A stretch of 64,000 nucleotides of DNA from a virus. The notes beneath the pieces are model-generated. The model saw nothing but the letters and a program-made list of their open reading frames with translations. It was not told the origin of the DNA and made no database searches. The stretch is from IMG/VR virus record IMGVR_UViG_3300020411_004289, positions 32,001 to 96,000 of that record; one strand, 5' to 3'. Position numbers and translations under genes: made by a program. Of the stretch, positions 20,202 to 29,562 are shown in pieces; positions within the stretch are counted from its first letter, which is position 1; each line of letters begins with the position of its first letter.

Positions 20202-20996
20202 GTGTCGTCTAAAAAGGTAAGTGTTAAAGATTTAAAAAGCACGCCATTTATTACTGCGTTCAACAATACCACACAACAAAATGAACCTGTAATATTTCCT
20301 AATGGAATAAAAGTCAATCTAGATTCCAGCCTGTTTAATAGAGGTATAGAAATAACACCTACAACTGCTCCTGATGTTACCACAAATCGGTTGTATAATG
20401 AAAACGGTACATTAAAATTTAATGGAAGCCCAATCGGCTCAGGCGGCGGCGGTGCTTCAGGACCTTCCTTTTTTGACGAGCGTGTAGCAGATAAAATCTA
20501 TACCACTGGATCCGTAACGATCAACAGCAATAGTACTGCAATGACTTCTCTCGATGTAATTCATGACTATACGACTCAGACTTTTGAAAATCAGCTAAGT
20601 AGTGGCGAAGGAGGAGGTACTGTCTTGCAGTATGGCACCGGTACGACTACAGCTGGATATTTGTACTATCTGGAGACGACAAAGGCGTGGACACAAAGTA
20701 CTGCTACAAGTGTAGCATCAGGAGCTAGTCAAATATTAGGCATAGCACTAGGGACTAGTCCAACAAGTACAGGTATGCTGCTAAAAGGATTTATAAGAAT
20801 AAGCTCGAGCAGAATCTCCGGAACGCCTCAAATTGGAAGCCCAGTGTACGTTTCTACAACTGCAGCAGCCTATACATTTACCGCACCTTCAAGTGTGAAT
20901 CAATTTGTTAGAATTGTAGGATATTGTCTGGATACGCATTCTAGCGATATTTTACTCTGGTTCGACCCAGACTCAACTTGGGTGGAAATATCGTAA
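20202..20996 (+). CDS. Fibre/decoration protein with C-terminal DUF2190/cement-like domain
   Basis: RLYNENGTLKFNG fibre motif and Gly linker. C-terminal LGIALG...GMLLKG...GSPVYVSTT...TAPS...VRIVGY. Confidence 0.55.
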   Translation: MSSKKVSVKDLKSTPFITAFNNTTQQNEPVIFPNGIKVNLDSSLFNRGIEITPTTAPDVTTNRLYNENGTLKFNGSPIGSGGGGASGPSFFDERVADKIYTTGSVTINSNSTAMTSLDVIHDYTTQTFENQLSSGEGGGTVLQYGTGTTTAGYLYYLETTKAWTQSTATSVASGASQILGIALGTSPTSTGMLLKGFIRISSSRISGTPQIGSPVYVSTTAAAYTFTAPSSVNQFVRIVGYCLDTHSSDILLWFDPDSTWVEIS

Positions 20997-22009
20997 TGGC
21001 AACAATTACTGTAAAGAAAGATGGCACAGGCGACTATACATCACTAACTTCAGCATTCGCAGCTGCTAATACATACGACGTTATAGAAATACAAGATAGC
21101 GGAACTTATTATGAAGGCAACCTCTCGAGAATTGTTTCTCATCTCACCATACGTGCTGGAACTGATGCTAATGGAAATAAATACACACCTACACTGAACG
21201 GTGGGGGAACAACTGATTGCGCAATAAAGTTTTACAACAACTGGGTTATAGATGGGTTGACGATTACCGATTATGATGGAACAGCAACTTACGGTGCAGG
21301 TCTAGTTTCTGTATCAGGGAATCGGGTTGTCACAATAAAAAACTGTACGATTCACAACTTGGACGATACAGCCATATCAGGCTTGAAAAACTTTAGTACA
21401 GTTGAGAATTGTATTATATACGATATTCGAGGGTCAGCAGCAAGAGGTATAGACTCGGGTACTCAATCTGCGACAATTAACAATTGTTTAGTATACGATG
21501 TCGAGCATGATGGAATTCAGTCGACACCTTCAGCAACAGTTATTGAACACTGTACGCTGCACAACGTCGGGTATGGCGGCGGAACTGGCGGTTATGGAAT
21601 TGCCGCAACATTAGGCTCAGTAAAGTTTTGCATTGTATCTGATCCAAACCATAATATCAACAGCGCCGGTATCAGAGCAGCTATTCATATCTATAATTGT
21701 GTCTCAGGCAGCGAAGGCGCCACCAACGGAAATTATTATGGCGGCGCAGGCACAGGAGATATTGAAGTAAACCCAATGTTAGTCACAGGATCTTTTATGC
21801 CAAGCAGCCTATCCCCGTGTCTAGGCGCCGCAGTTGGTTCAACTAGAACCAGTGATATCACAGGTGATTCAGTTACATGGCAATACACGCATAAAGTAAA
21901 CGGTGTAAGTGCTTCAGCAACGCCGAACGACATGGGTGCATACGAATATTCATATGCATCAGTCGCAGGTATTAATACTAATAAAATTGAAAAGATTTCG
22001 GGTGTTTAA
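20996..22009 (+). CDS. Right-handed beta-helix (pectin-lyase-like) protein, possible depolymerase/adhesin
   Basis: Start moved to the TAATG overlap. ITVKKDGTGDYTSL opening, repeated (I/V)xNCx(I/V)xD/N rungs, and C-terminal SPCLGAA...DMGAYEY. Confidence 0.75.
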   Translation: MATITVKKDGTGDYTSLTSAFAAANTYDVIEIQDSGTYYEGNLSRIVSHLTIRAGTDANGNKYTPTLNGGGTTDCAIKFYNNWVIDGLTITDYDGTATYGAGLVSVSGNRVVTIKNCTIHNLDDTAISGLKNFSTVENCIIYDIRGSAARGIDSGTQSATINNCLVYDVEHDGIQSTPSATVIEHCTLHNVGYGGGTGGYGIAATLGSVKFCIVSDPNHNINSAGIRAAIHIYNCVSGSEGATNGNYYGGAGTGDIEVNPMLVTGSFMPSSLSPCLGAAVGSTRTSDITGDSVTWQYTHKVNGVSASATPNDMGAYEYSYASVAGINTNKIEKISGV

Positions 22010-22087
22010 TGTTTGTCGCTAGAGAGATATATCAAAGCTTCACGAATAAAAGTCAAGAACTATACCATCGTCAGGCAGTAAGGGCAA

Positions 22088-22094
22088 ATAGTTA
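22088..22094 (+). promoter_or_regulatory. Putative late promoter ATAGTTA (near-leaderless)
   Basis: Motif lies 5 nt before the ATG at 22100. Confidence 0.55.
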
Positions 22095-22099
22095 AAACC

Positions 22100-23053
22100 A
22101 TGGCTGGTATTCTAGACAACAAAGAAAGAATGATTGATTTCATAATGACTGAAGAAGGCAAGCGCCAGGCTGCCAGTGGTCAAATGAAAATAGAGTATGC
22201 TGCTTTTACTGACATGCATACTTTTTATGCAGCTTCTGGCACTCTAATGCCCAACATTGCTGAAGATGCCTCTGGTAGAATATTTTTTGAGGCTACAAAT
22301 CGATTTCAAGATGTAATAGTTCCCGAACTGGAAGCAGGCATGTCGCTGCGACCGTTTAGGACAGCAGACTTTGACTTTGACGGAAAAGTAATAGCATCCG
22401 GTACGTTTAGGGTCGGTTATGAGAAAAAGGCAAATATCATAACCGGTTCAAAAATAACAAATATTTCTGACAGAAGCTTAAGTGGCATTACTAGCAATTT
22501 TAATGATCTAAGGGTGTTGGGAACTAAAGATCCTTTTGCTACGACCTCCGGATTTGAAACTTCTATCACAACGGGTAGTTTTTATTTTTGGGACAAGATG
22601 CCGATGGGAAGATCATATGATGGATCACCAACTGCACTAGAAGATTGCGAAAGTCTTTTCGCAGATAGACGATTTTCACATTTTTCTAATTTCTCTTATT
22701 TGCCGCCTGTTAACAAACCATCAGAAGGCGCACCAAATGGAAAACCTTTGGGCATGTATCCAAAACTAAACGAAACTCCGATAATGACATTTCAAGACTT
22801 GGAAAAGTCTTTAAAAGAAAAGCAAAAAGTAGAGATTGATTTTACTGATACATCTAGAGAAAATAATCTAATAGGGCAGATATTCGAATATGATAGTACA
22901 GGAATAGACAAGCTCTCTATTATTGACTTTGGAGAGTTTGATGATGACGATCCTTTTAGTCGCGGCAAAAGAGTCTTTTTTGTTGGAAAAATTCTTAGAG
23001 ATGCCAACGGCGCAGAAACGTTTATGAATATATTCACAGTGGTATTTGACTAA
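22100..23053 (+). CDS. Baseplate/tail-collar-like structural protein (paralog of 31403..32116 N-terminus)
   Basis: MAGILDNKERMIDFIMTEEGKRQAASGQMKIEYAAFTD aligns by eye with MGFLDHSTNNIIIDAVLTDTGRKMLADNRGRFKIAFFSLSD. Confidence 0.6.
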   Translation: MAGILDNKERMIDFIMTEEGKRQAASGQMKIEYAAFTDMHTFYAASGTLMPNIAEDASGRIFFEATNRFQDVIVPELEAGMSLRPFRTADFDFDGKVIASGTFRVGYEKKANIITGSKITNISDRSLSGITSNFNDLRVLGTKDPFATTSGFETSITTGSFYFWDKMPMGRSYDGSPTALEDCESLFADRRFSHFSNFSYLPPVNKPSEGAPNGKPLGMYPKLNETPIMTFQDLEKSLKEKQKVEIDFTDTSRENNLIGQIFEYDSTGIDKLSIIDFGEFDDDDPFSRGKRVFFVGKILRDANGAETFMNIFTVVFD

Positions 23054-25905
23054 TGGCTAGATATGAACCAAGACAAGAACACGCGGTCGCCTTTAAAGAC
23101 ATTGCTGCATTTACAGAAGGCTCGTCTAATTTAGAGCTAATTGACATTATTAATGATGCGTCTAAAGAAAAGATATCTGACAACTATATTAATGCGCCAG
23201 GGGCTTATGTTTATGAGCTTGACATAACAGTTGATCAACAGAAGGTAATTGATCATGAAGTGCTAGGGTTTAAAGTTGAAATATTCTCAAAAAATCCTAA
23301 CATAAGATTTAATGAAGATTACTCAGTATCAAGAGCTACAATGGCTAAAGAGCGAAAAAATAGGCTGAGGGAGTTTATAGAGACTAGACAGCCTGACCCA
23401 GTTTTAGAGTTTGATATTGATCTAAATGTGCCATTGCCTCCACAAAACTTTAATTTTACCACAGCAGCATTAAAAGCTGTGCCAAAAATATTGCCTGTTT
23501 TTCTTAATAGTGAACCTCAAACTAGTGGTAAAATGGTCACAGCCCCTATTGTAGCAATGCCCATAATCACGCCAGCCCTAGGAATTAAAGCAACACCTAA
23601 AAGCTCACCTAGCACAAATCTAATAAAAGGAAATACATTTGCAAATATTGCTAAGCTAAGCATTACACACGACAAAAAAGATCCGATATCATTGATGGCA
23701 ACACCCAAGCCATTTTACCCGACACTTGCAGCTAAAACTAGTTTTGCATCTATCGATGTCTTTTCTCCACCCCCAAAAGATTATAGTCAAATTGAGCGAA
23801 TTTCTTTGGACAATATATACACACGAAGATCGCTTATAGAAGAAAGACAGGCACTAAAACCACAACAAGAAGATGAAAGTAAAGGTGCATACAAACTGGC
23901 AAATATTGTCAGTAACAATACATTCTTAAAGCGTGAAATAACTTTAGGCCACAAAGCAGAGATAAAAACGACAGCGTTTACAGTTAAAAGAGAAATAGAG
24001 ATTCCAAAGTTAGACTTAGGTATGAGATCTAGCTTTTATGTAAGCATTACACCTATCTTAAGAGAGAGTAACGCTATTGTAAGAGTAATTAAGACACCAA
24101 AAAGTCATACTTTTTCTGTTTCTCATAGGCGTCAAGTCGAAGATATAATGCTTCCTGTTTATCCTCCAGAAATAAGTTTGGTAATGAACAAGCGAGGAAT
24201 AGTTGTATTAAAAATAAAACAGGCAGACCCTTCTGCTACATTAATAGATGTTTTTCGAAAAGTAGTGTCACCCAGAAAAGATGGAATATCTTCTTCTAGA
24301 GCCATAGCTTCAATAGAGTCAGAAGCATCGAGTCCTTCTCAAATTGTGTCTGATTTTGATTCAGAGAATATTTTCCCAAACTCAGTAATATATCGAGCAA
24401 CGACTAGGTCTCCTATAGGGTTAGATGGTCCATCTTCTTCTCTAGTTATTGATAGTCATCATAACATAAATGCTCCGACAGCAAAAGAAGACCCAAATGC
24501 ATTATCAATAATTGCTGTTAACGAAAATGAACATATAAAAATAGATGTTGAAAGAATTCCACAAAATATCTTGGGATTAAAGCTTTTAAGAGAAGAAATT
24601 GATGAGAGTGGATCACTTTCTAAAAGAGTAACCACAGTTCCAATGTCAAATGGTAAAACTCTATATGATACTAAAAGAGGCATAAAAAAGCTAACCTATT
24701 TTGACAAAACAACAGATCTCAATAAGCGATATCGATATTTTTGCACGTTTAGGCCGCGCCTTGGAAATGAGTATCTTTCAGAAGAAGATGAGCATATTAT
24801 TAGAAAAATGCCTACCAAACCTCTTCCTGTAGAAGTTTCTATACAAAATCAACAGATTACTACCGACGACTCCGGACAGTTTATTATGTCTATAGATTTG
24901 ATTAGTATTCCTAAGGCAGAAGGGGTTGATTTTCTCTTGACATTACTAGAGCGCGCCGGCGTAAGCCAAGCATTTATATCATCAATTAAAGACCAAAGGG
25001 CAGAACTATCTCAGTTGGCTGCTTTTATTGTCGAAAGAGTTAATAGAAACACAGGGAAAAGAGTTTCTTTTGGTCAGGTAGGTCCTGGAACTTTTTCAGA
25101 CGATCCAGAAACCAGAGAAAGGTTAGGTATCCCGGCGCCGTCCAGCAACAATAGATACACTTACTTTTTTAAGCTCTGCATGCGGCCACCGCAAGCTTTC
25201 CTAAAGTCTTTGCTTACAAGTTTTCCTTCAGGTAAAATACCGGGTGTAGATGACACTACAGCATTGGCAAAAAAATTCCTAGGTGCATTTGCTGCACAAA
25301 CAGGTGCATTATATTCAGACAAGGAAATGTCAGACTTTTCTGTAGGCGATAACTTTAGAGCAGGGGAAACCGGTATAACACTGCATACTGATATTCAAAC
25401 CCCTAAACCTTTACCAAAACCTGTCGGTCTTAGAATTGCTAGAAGGTCTCGAAAGCGTGGCATTTTATTAAAGTGGGAATCTGATACTAATGATATTCGA
25501 CAAGTTGATCATGTTCTTGTGTTTGTTCTGATGCAGGATGGAACTGAGATTTTGTTGGGAACTAGGCCAGGCTCTTATTCCGGCGGCTGGTATTTTAAAG
25601 ATACAAAGTATGCACCCCAAGTAGGAAAAAAGAAATACTATGTAAAGTTTGTATATAACGATCTCACAGTTTCAGCTCCCAGTAATTCAGTCGTTTTTGA
25701 AATATTTGCCTCTCTTCCGCCTGCTTTTTTTAATTTTAAATTTAAGCCAAGTATTTTAGGGGTAGTAAATCCAACCGCTAAAAAACAAGATCAGTTAAAA
25801 ATGCCAGCGACCGGCTTAAAGCTTAAATTGCCTGATTTGTCTAAAAAAGTTAATGCATCCGGCTGGAACATAAACCCAGGCAAGTTTAAAAAGAAGCTTT
25901 ATTAA
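23053..25905 (+). CDS. Large hypothetical protein, probable beta-sandwich (FN3-like) repeats
   Basis: YFDKTTDLNKRYRYF, LLKWES...FKDTKY...YYVKFVY...SAPSN FN3-like endings. TAATG coupling to the upstream gene. Confidence 0.55.
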   Translation: MARYEPRQEHAVAFKDIAAFTEGSSNLELIDIINDASKEKISDNYINAPGAYVYELDITVDQQKVIDHEVLGFKVEIFSKNPNIRFNEDYSVSRATMAKERKNRLREFIETRQPDPVLEFDIDLNVPLPPQNFNFTTAALKAVPKILPVFLNSEPQTSGKMVTAPIVAMPIITPALGIKATPKSSPSTNLIKGNTFANIAKLSITHDKKDPISLMATPKPFYPTLAAKTSFASIDVFSPPPKDYSQIERISLDNIYTRRSLIEERQALKPQQEDESKGAYKLANIVSNNTFLKREITLGHKAEIKTTAFTVKREIEIPKLDLGMRSSFYVSITPILRESNAIVRVIKTPKSHTFSVSHRRQVEDIMLPVYPPEISLVMNKRGIVVLKIKQADPSATLIDVFRKVVSPRKDGISSSRAIASIESEASSPSQIVSDFDSENIFPNSVIYRATTRSPIGLDGPSSSLVIDSHHNINAPTAKEDPNALSIIAVNENEHIKIDVERIPQNILGLKLLREEIDESGSLSKRVTTVPMSNGKTLYDTKRGIKKLTYFDKTTDLNKRYRYFCTFRPRLGNEYLSEEDEHIIRKMPTKPLPVEVSIQNQQITTDDSGQFIMSIDLISIPKAEGVDFLLTLLERAGVSQAFISSIKDQRAELSQLAAFIVERVNRNTGKRVSFGQVGPGTFSDDPETRERLGIPAPSSNNRYTYFFKLCMRPPQAFLKSLLTSFPSGKIPGVDDTTALAKKFLGAFAAQTGALYSDKEMSDFSVGDNFRAGETGITLHTDIQTPKPLPKPVGLRIARRSRKRGILLKWESDTNDIRQVDHVLVFVLMQDGTEILLGTRPGSYSGGWYFKDTKYAPQVGKKKYYVKFVYNDLTVSAPSNSVVFEIFASLPPAFFNFKFKPSILGVVNPTAKKQDQLKMPATGLKLKLPDLSKKVNASGWNINPGKFKKKLY

Positions 25906-25920
25906 AGGTGTAGAACTAAC

Positions 25921-28900
25921 ATGGGAATTAAGACAGCAAAAGAAAAATTATTAACATTTGCAACTCAGTTTGATCCTGATATTGTAGGTGTTGGAAAGAC
26001 ACCACCGGTGGTTGAAGCACCAGAACCAGAAGGCGACCTTCTATTGAGTGCTGTACCTACTAATAAAAATAATGCTGCAGCTCTAACTCTAGAAAAAGGT
26101 ACTTTACAGAATCTAAAAATAGAGAAGAAAAGAGTGGTACCTTTTGTAACTTCACATGTGTTTAATCATGATGTAAGCGGCTTATTAGATATGCTCACCG
26201 CTCGACAACTCGAAAAGCAACTAGACGATATTTTACTGGAGTCGTTGTATGAAGCGGCAAAAATAGATGAAAATGATGCAGCATTTATAGTAGAAACTCT
26301 AGAAAATATCGACAGTGATTTAGAGACGATGGATACACTGCTAGCAGCCTTAAAAAGCATGCAAGATGCAATTAGCGATGCTGACAGTGCATTTGACAAA
26401 GAAGTTCAAGTTGAGAATATTACAGAAGAATTTAATAAAAGTTTACAAGAGGCAAAATTAGATGAAACAACCTACGATGCTGATTCGTCTGAAGGAGACT
26501 TTTTAGCAACGCTCGCCGATTTAACAGCATTATCACCAGAGGCACTATCTGAAATGACATTGACCGGTTGCTTTATACAAGCGCTGGCAGATGCTGAGTG
26601 GTCTCTTCGAGCAGGAGTCAGCCCTACTTTTTTCTTGCAAAAAGGAGAAAGAAACCTGGCAGCCAATGCTAAACCCCCTAGAGGTTTCTCTCGCCCGGGT
26701 CCAGCTGTTAAATCAGGTGTGGGAAAAACTATAAAAACACTGGAAGGGATCGGTATTGGAGATGATTCGACATATGATGGAATCTTTAATACAACTGCTG
26801 TTGCAAAACCACCAAAATATAGCAGCCTAGACCCTTTTAAGAGAGTTGCGTATTTGTGTTCACTTCTCTCTAGGGAGTATTTGCTTTCTGCAGGCCTAGG
26901 CAGTCAAATAGGGACTGAAGCAGGACAGGCATTCGGCGCATCTTCAGATCCAATGGCAAAGATTTTTGGGACTTCTAATATATCACATGTAAAAAATGAT
27001 CAATCAGTCTCAGACTCTTTGTCAGACTTTGCTGTTGTAGGCGAAGATGCCAGCATAAAAAGAAAGTCTTCATCTAAAAGAGTAATGATGCTAGAAGCTT
27101 CATGGAATGAAAATACAAATCCGGATCTCTGGACAACAGCAAAAAAAGAGTGGCTAGACAGTGTTAAAGAAGATCCACTTAAAAATAAGGCAGACTTATT
27201 TGATCAAGTTATAACTCAAGCGACAAATCGGTTTGTAGATGCAGAGGCTTTTCTTAACAGTATTTTAGCAAAAGATAGTGAGCTAAGCTTGCTAACGCCT
27301 ACTGGGCTTTTTTCTAGAGTTATTAAAGATTTTGCGACACTAATGCAAGGGTTGACTGTAGAGGCTGCGGAGGACGTGAGGCTAAAAAATGCATGTGAGC
27401 TAATGCTTCTTTCTGAGTCAGCAGCTTCTGGTACATATGGATTTAAGCTTAAGAGAAGAATGCTGATATTTGCTGCTAGACTAGCTAACCTAAAAAAGAA
27501 AGGTTTAAGTGAGGAAGAACGAGATAATTTTGTACGCCTTACTGCTAGAGAGTTTTCAAATAAGTTTGAATCTGATATAACTGAGCTTAAAACGGATAAG
27601 GATCAAGTAGCATTTAACTTGATGTCAATTTGGGCCGGCCGAACATTCAAAATTCTAGAAAATGATGTGAGGATACAAGGTCAACAGATAATAGATGCTG
27701 TTGTAGATAATGAAGAATCTGACGGACTAAACTCTCTTATTGTCGGGATATATGAAGATCTTCAAAAAGAAGCAATGGTCGTAGCCAAAGCAAATGACGA
27801 GTCCAAGTCATTTATGAGAGAAGGAAATACTACAAGGTATTCAGGTTTTGACGGTGCTATAACATTGTCTTTCATCTATGAATGTTTTGCCTTGCTAGCT
27901 TCAAACTTTACAACAGCTGACATAGAATTACAAGGTATGGCAAAGGTACATCTGATGTCATACGATCCACCACCGACAACTGGAGCTATACGAGGCGAAG
28001 ATAAAGATAAGCTAAAAAAAGCTACGAAAGAATTCATGAGACAAGAACAAAGTGTCAGATTTAATGGAGGGACACCAGACAGTTTAGTAAATAAGACAAG
28101 AAGGTTTTTACTAGAAATTGCTACTGCACTAGATACAGGTGATTTTTCTAATCTTTTAGACTCAAGCGGAGATGTGATTGCTGTTGAAGGCCTAAATGAA
28201 TCTTCTGATTTAGGGAAAAATATATTTGTCTCCCAGGTAATTGATACATGCTTAGATCTTTCAAAAGATGGAGATATACCAACTAAGCTTTTTATTATTG
28301 CCAAGTCCATGATTAGTAACCTAAGAAATACAACAAAAGCATTGTGTCAAAGAGGAGCTGCACTTAAAGGAAATACACAAAACATTCCAGATGATATTGC
28401 CGTTTTAAAAATCTTGGGAGAAACTAAACTAGGAAAAGACTTTATCGAAGGCTTGACGCCCTCTCAGCTGAAGTATGCAAATAAAAGATCTGCTATTCTT
28501 GCTGAATCTAAAGATGCGCCGTATATACTTGATAGCAAGCCGAGCGCACTTTTCAAAGCTATAAAAATGCTTTTTGAAAAAAAGAAAGGCGAGTTCAGCC
28601 ATTCAGCTGTTTTATTTTTAGGCCTTCCGGCTGGTTCTTTGTCTGAAGAGCTCTCTTCTTCTGGCAGAAGCGAGGAAAACGCAAGACTGAGTTTAAAAGT
28701 AGATAAGGTTGACGAATTAATAGGGTTACCTGACTATGAAGAGCAAGATTACAAGTTCTCTTTAAAGTACAGTATTACATCTCAAAGCATTGTTGATGCA
28801 TTTGATGCTGAGGTAGCCCCTACGACTTTTGATGCGCTAATAACACTTTTAAATTATGACGCAGTAGGAGAAGATGAGCCGATCCTGGGAAGTGATATAT

Positions 28901-29562
28901 TGTCTTCTGTGAATAACAAATCCGCGATGTTAAAAATGCTTAGTAACGAAGTTGAGTCTTTTTTACTAAAACAAACATTTGAAATTCTAGAAGGTTTCTC
29001 ACTTTTTGAAGAAAAGATTCAATTCAACAATCTTTCTTCTAGAGGGGTTCCGGCAAAGGCTTTGACAGAAACTTTAGTAAAATCAATGAACCTAGATGAA
29101 AATGTGCCCTTGTTTTTCTTTGAGCCTGTCAAGTCTTCTGATTTAAGTAATTCAAAAAAAGATCCTGTGCAAGGATGGCGTCTGCCAGGTGAAGAAAGAA
29201 TATCAAAAATGATCCAACCTCAAACTCTGATTGTAAGCGGTATTGATGCTTGGAAAAAACCAATATCGACACCAACGCAAATAGATACAATATTTGATCT
29301 GTTTACGACAAAACCATTTTATGTAGACAGAGTCAGAGAAACCATTCTAACTAGATCAATTTTTGACAAAGTATATGCTATCATGATTGATCTAGACAGT
29401 TTTAATTTTGACAAAGACTTTAACAACACACTGCTTAAACAAAATGATCTCGGTATGGGTATCACTTTAAAAGATGCTGATGCATATATAAAAAATTCAC
29501 TGTCTCCCGATCGTTTAAAAATTGAATCACTGTACATAACAGCAGAAATAGAAGGTGACTAA
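25921..29562 (+). CDS. Large acidic, mainly helical hypothetical protein (probable virion component)
   Basis: 1213-aa ORF within the structural operon. No recognisable motif. Confidence 0.55.
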   Translation: MGIKTAKEKLLTFATQFDPDIVGVGKTPPVVEAPEPEGDLLLSAVPTNKNNAAALTLEKGTLQNLKIEKKRVVPFVTSHVFNHDVSGLLDMLTARQLEKQLDDILLESLYEAAKIDENDAAFIVETLENIDSDLETMDTLLAALKSMQDAISDADSAFDKEVQVENITEEFNKSLQEAKLDETTYDADSSEGDFLATLADLTALSPEALSEMTLTGCFIQALADAEWSLRAGVSPTFFLQKGERNLAANAKPPRGFSRPGPAVKSGVGKTIKTLEGIGIGDDSTYDGIFNTTAVAKPPKYSSLDPFKRVAYLCSLLSREYLLSAGLGSQIGTEAGQAFGASSDPMAKIFGTSNISHVKNDQSVSDSLSDFAVVGEDASIKRKSSSKRVMMLEASWNENTNPDLWTTAKKEWLDSVKEDPLKNKADLFDQVITQATNRFVDAEAFLNSILAKDSELSLLTPTGLFSRVIKDFATLMQGLTVEAAEDVRLKNACELMLLSESAASGTYGFKLKRRMLIFAARLANLKKKGLSEEERDNFVRLTAREFSNKFESDITELKTDKDQVAFNLMSIWAGRTFKILENDVRIQGQQIIDAVVDNEESDGLNSLIVGIYEDLQKEAMVVAKANDESKSFMREGNTTRYSGFDGAITLSFIYECFALLASNFTTADIELQGMAKVHLMSYDPPPTTGAIRGEDKDKLKKATKEFMRQEQSVRFNGGTPDSLVNKTRRFLLEIATALDTGDFSNLLDSSGDVIAVEGLNESSDLGKNIFVSQVIDTCLDLSKDGDIPTKLFIIAKSMISNLRNTTKALCQRGAALKGNTQNIPDDIAVLKILGETKLGKDFIEGLTPSQLKYANKRSAILAESKDAPYILDSKPSALFKAIKMLFEKKKGEFSHSAVLFLGLPAGSLSEELSSSGRSEENARLSLKVDKVDELIGLPDYEEQDYKFSLKYSITSQSIVDAFDAEVAPTTFDALITLLNYDAVGEDEPILGSDILSSVNNKSAMLKMLSNEVESFLLKQTFEILEGFSLFEEKIQFNNLSSRGVPAKALTETLVKSMNLDENVPLFFFEPVKSSDLSNSKKDPVQGWRLPGEERISKMIQPQTLIVSGIDAWKKPISTPTQIDTIFDLFTTKPFYVDRVRETILTRSIFDKVYAIMIDLDSFNFDKDFNNTLLKQNDLGMGITLKDADAYIKNSLSPDRLKIESLYITAEIEGD

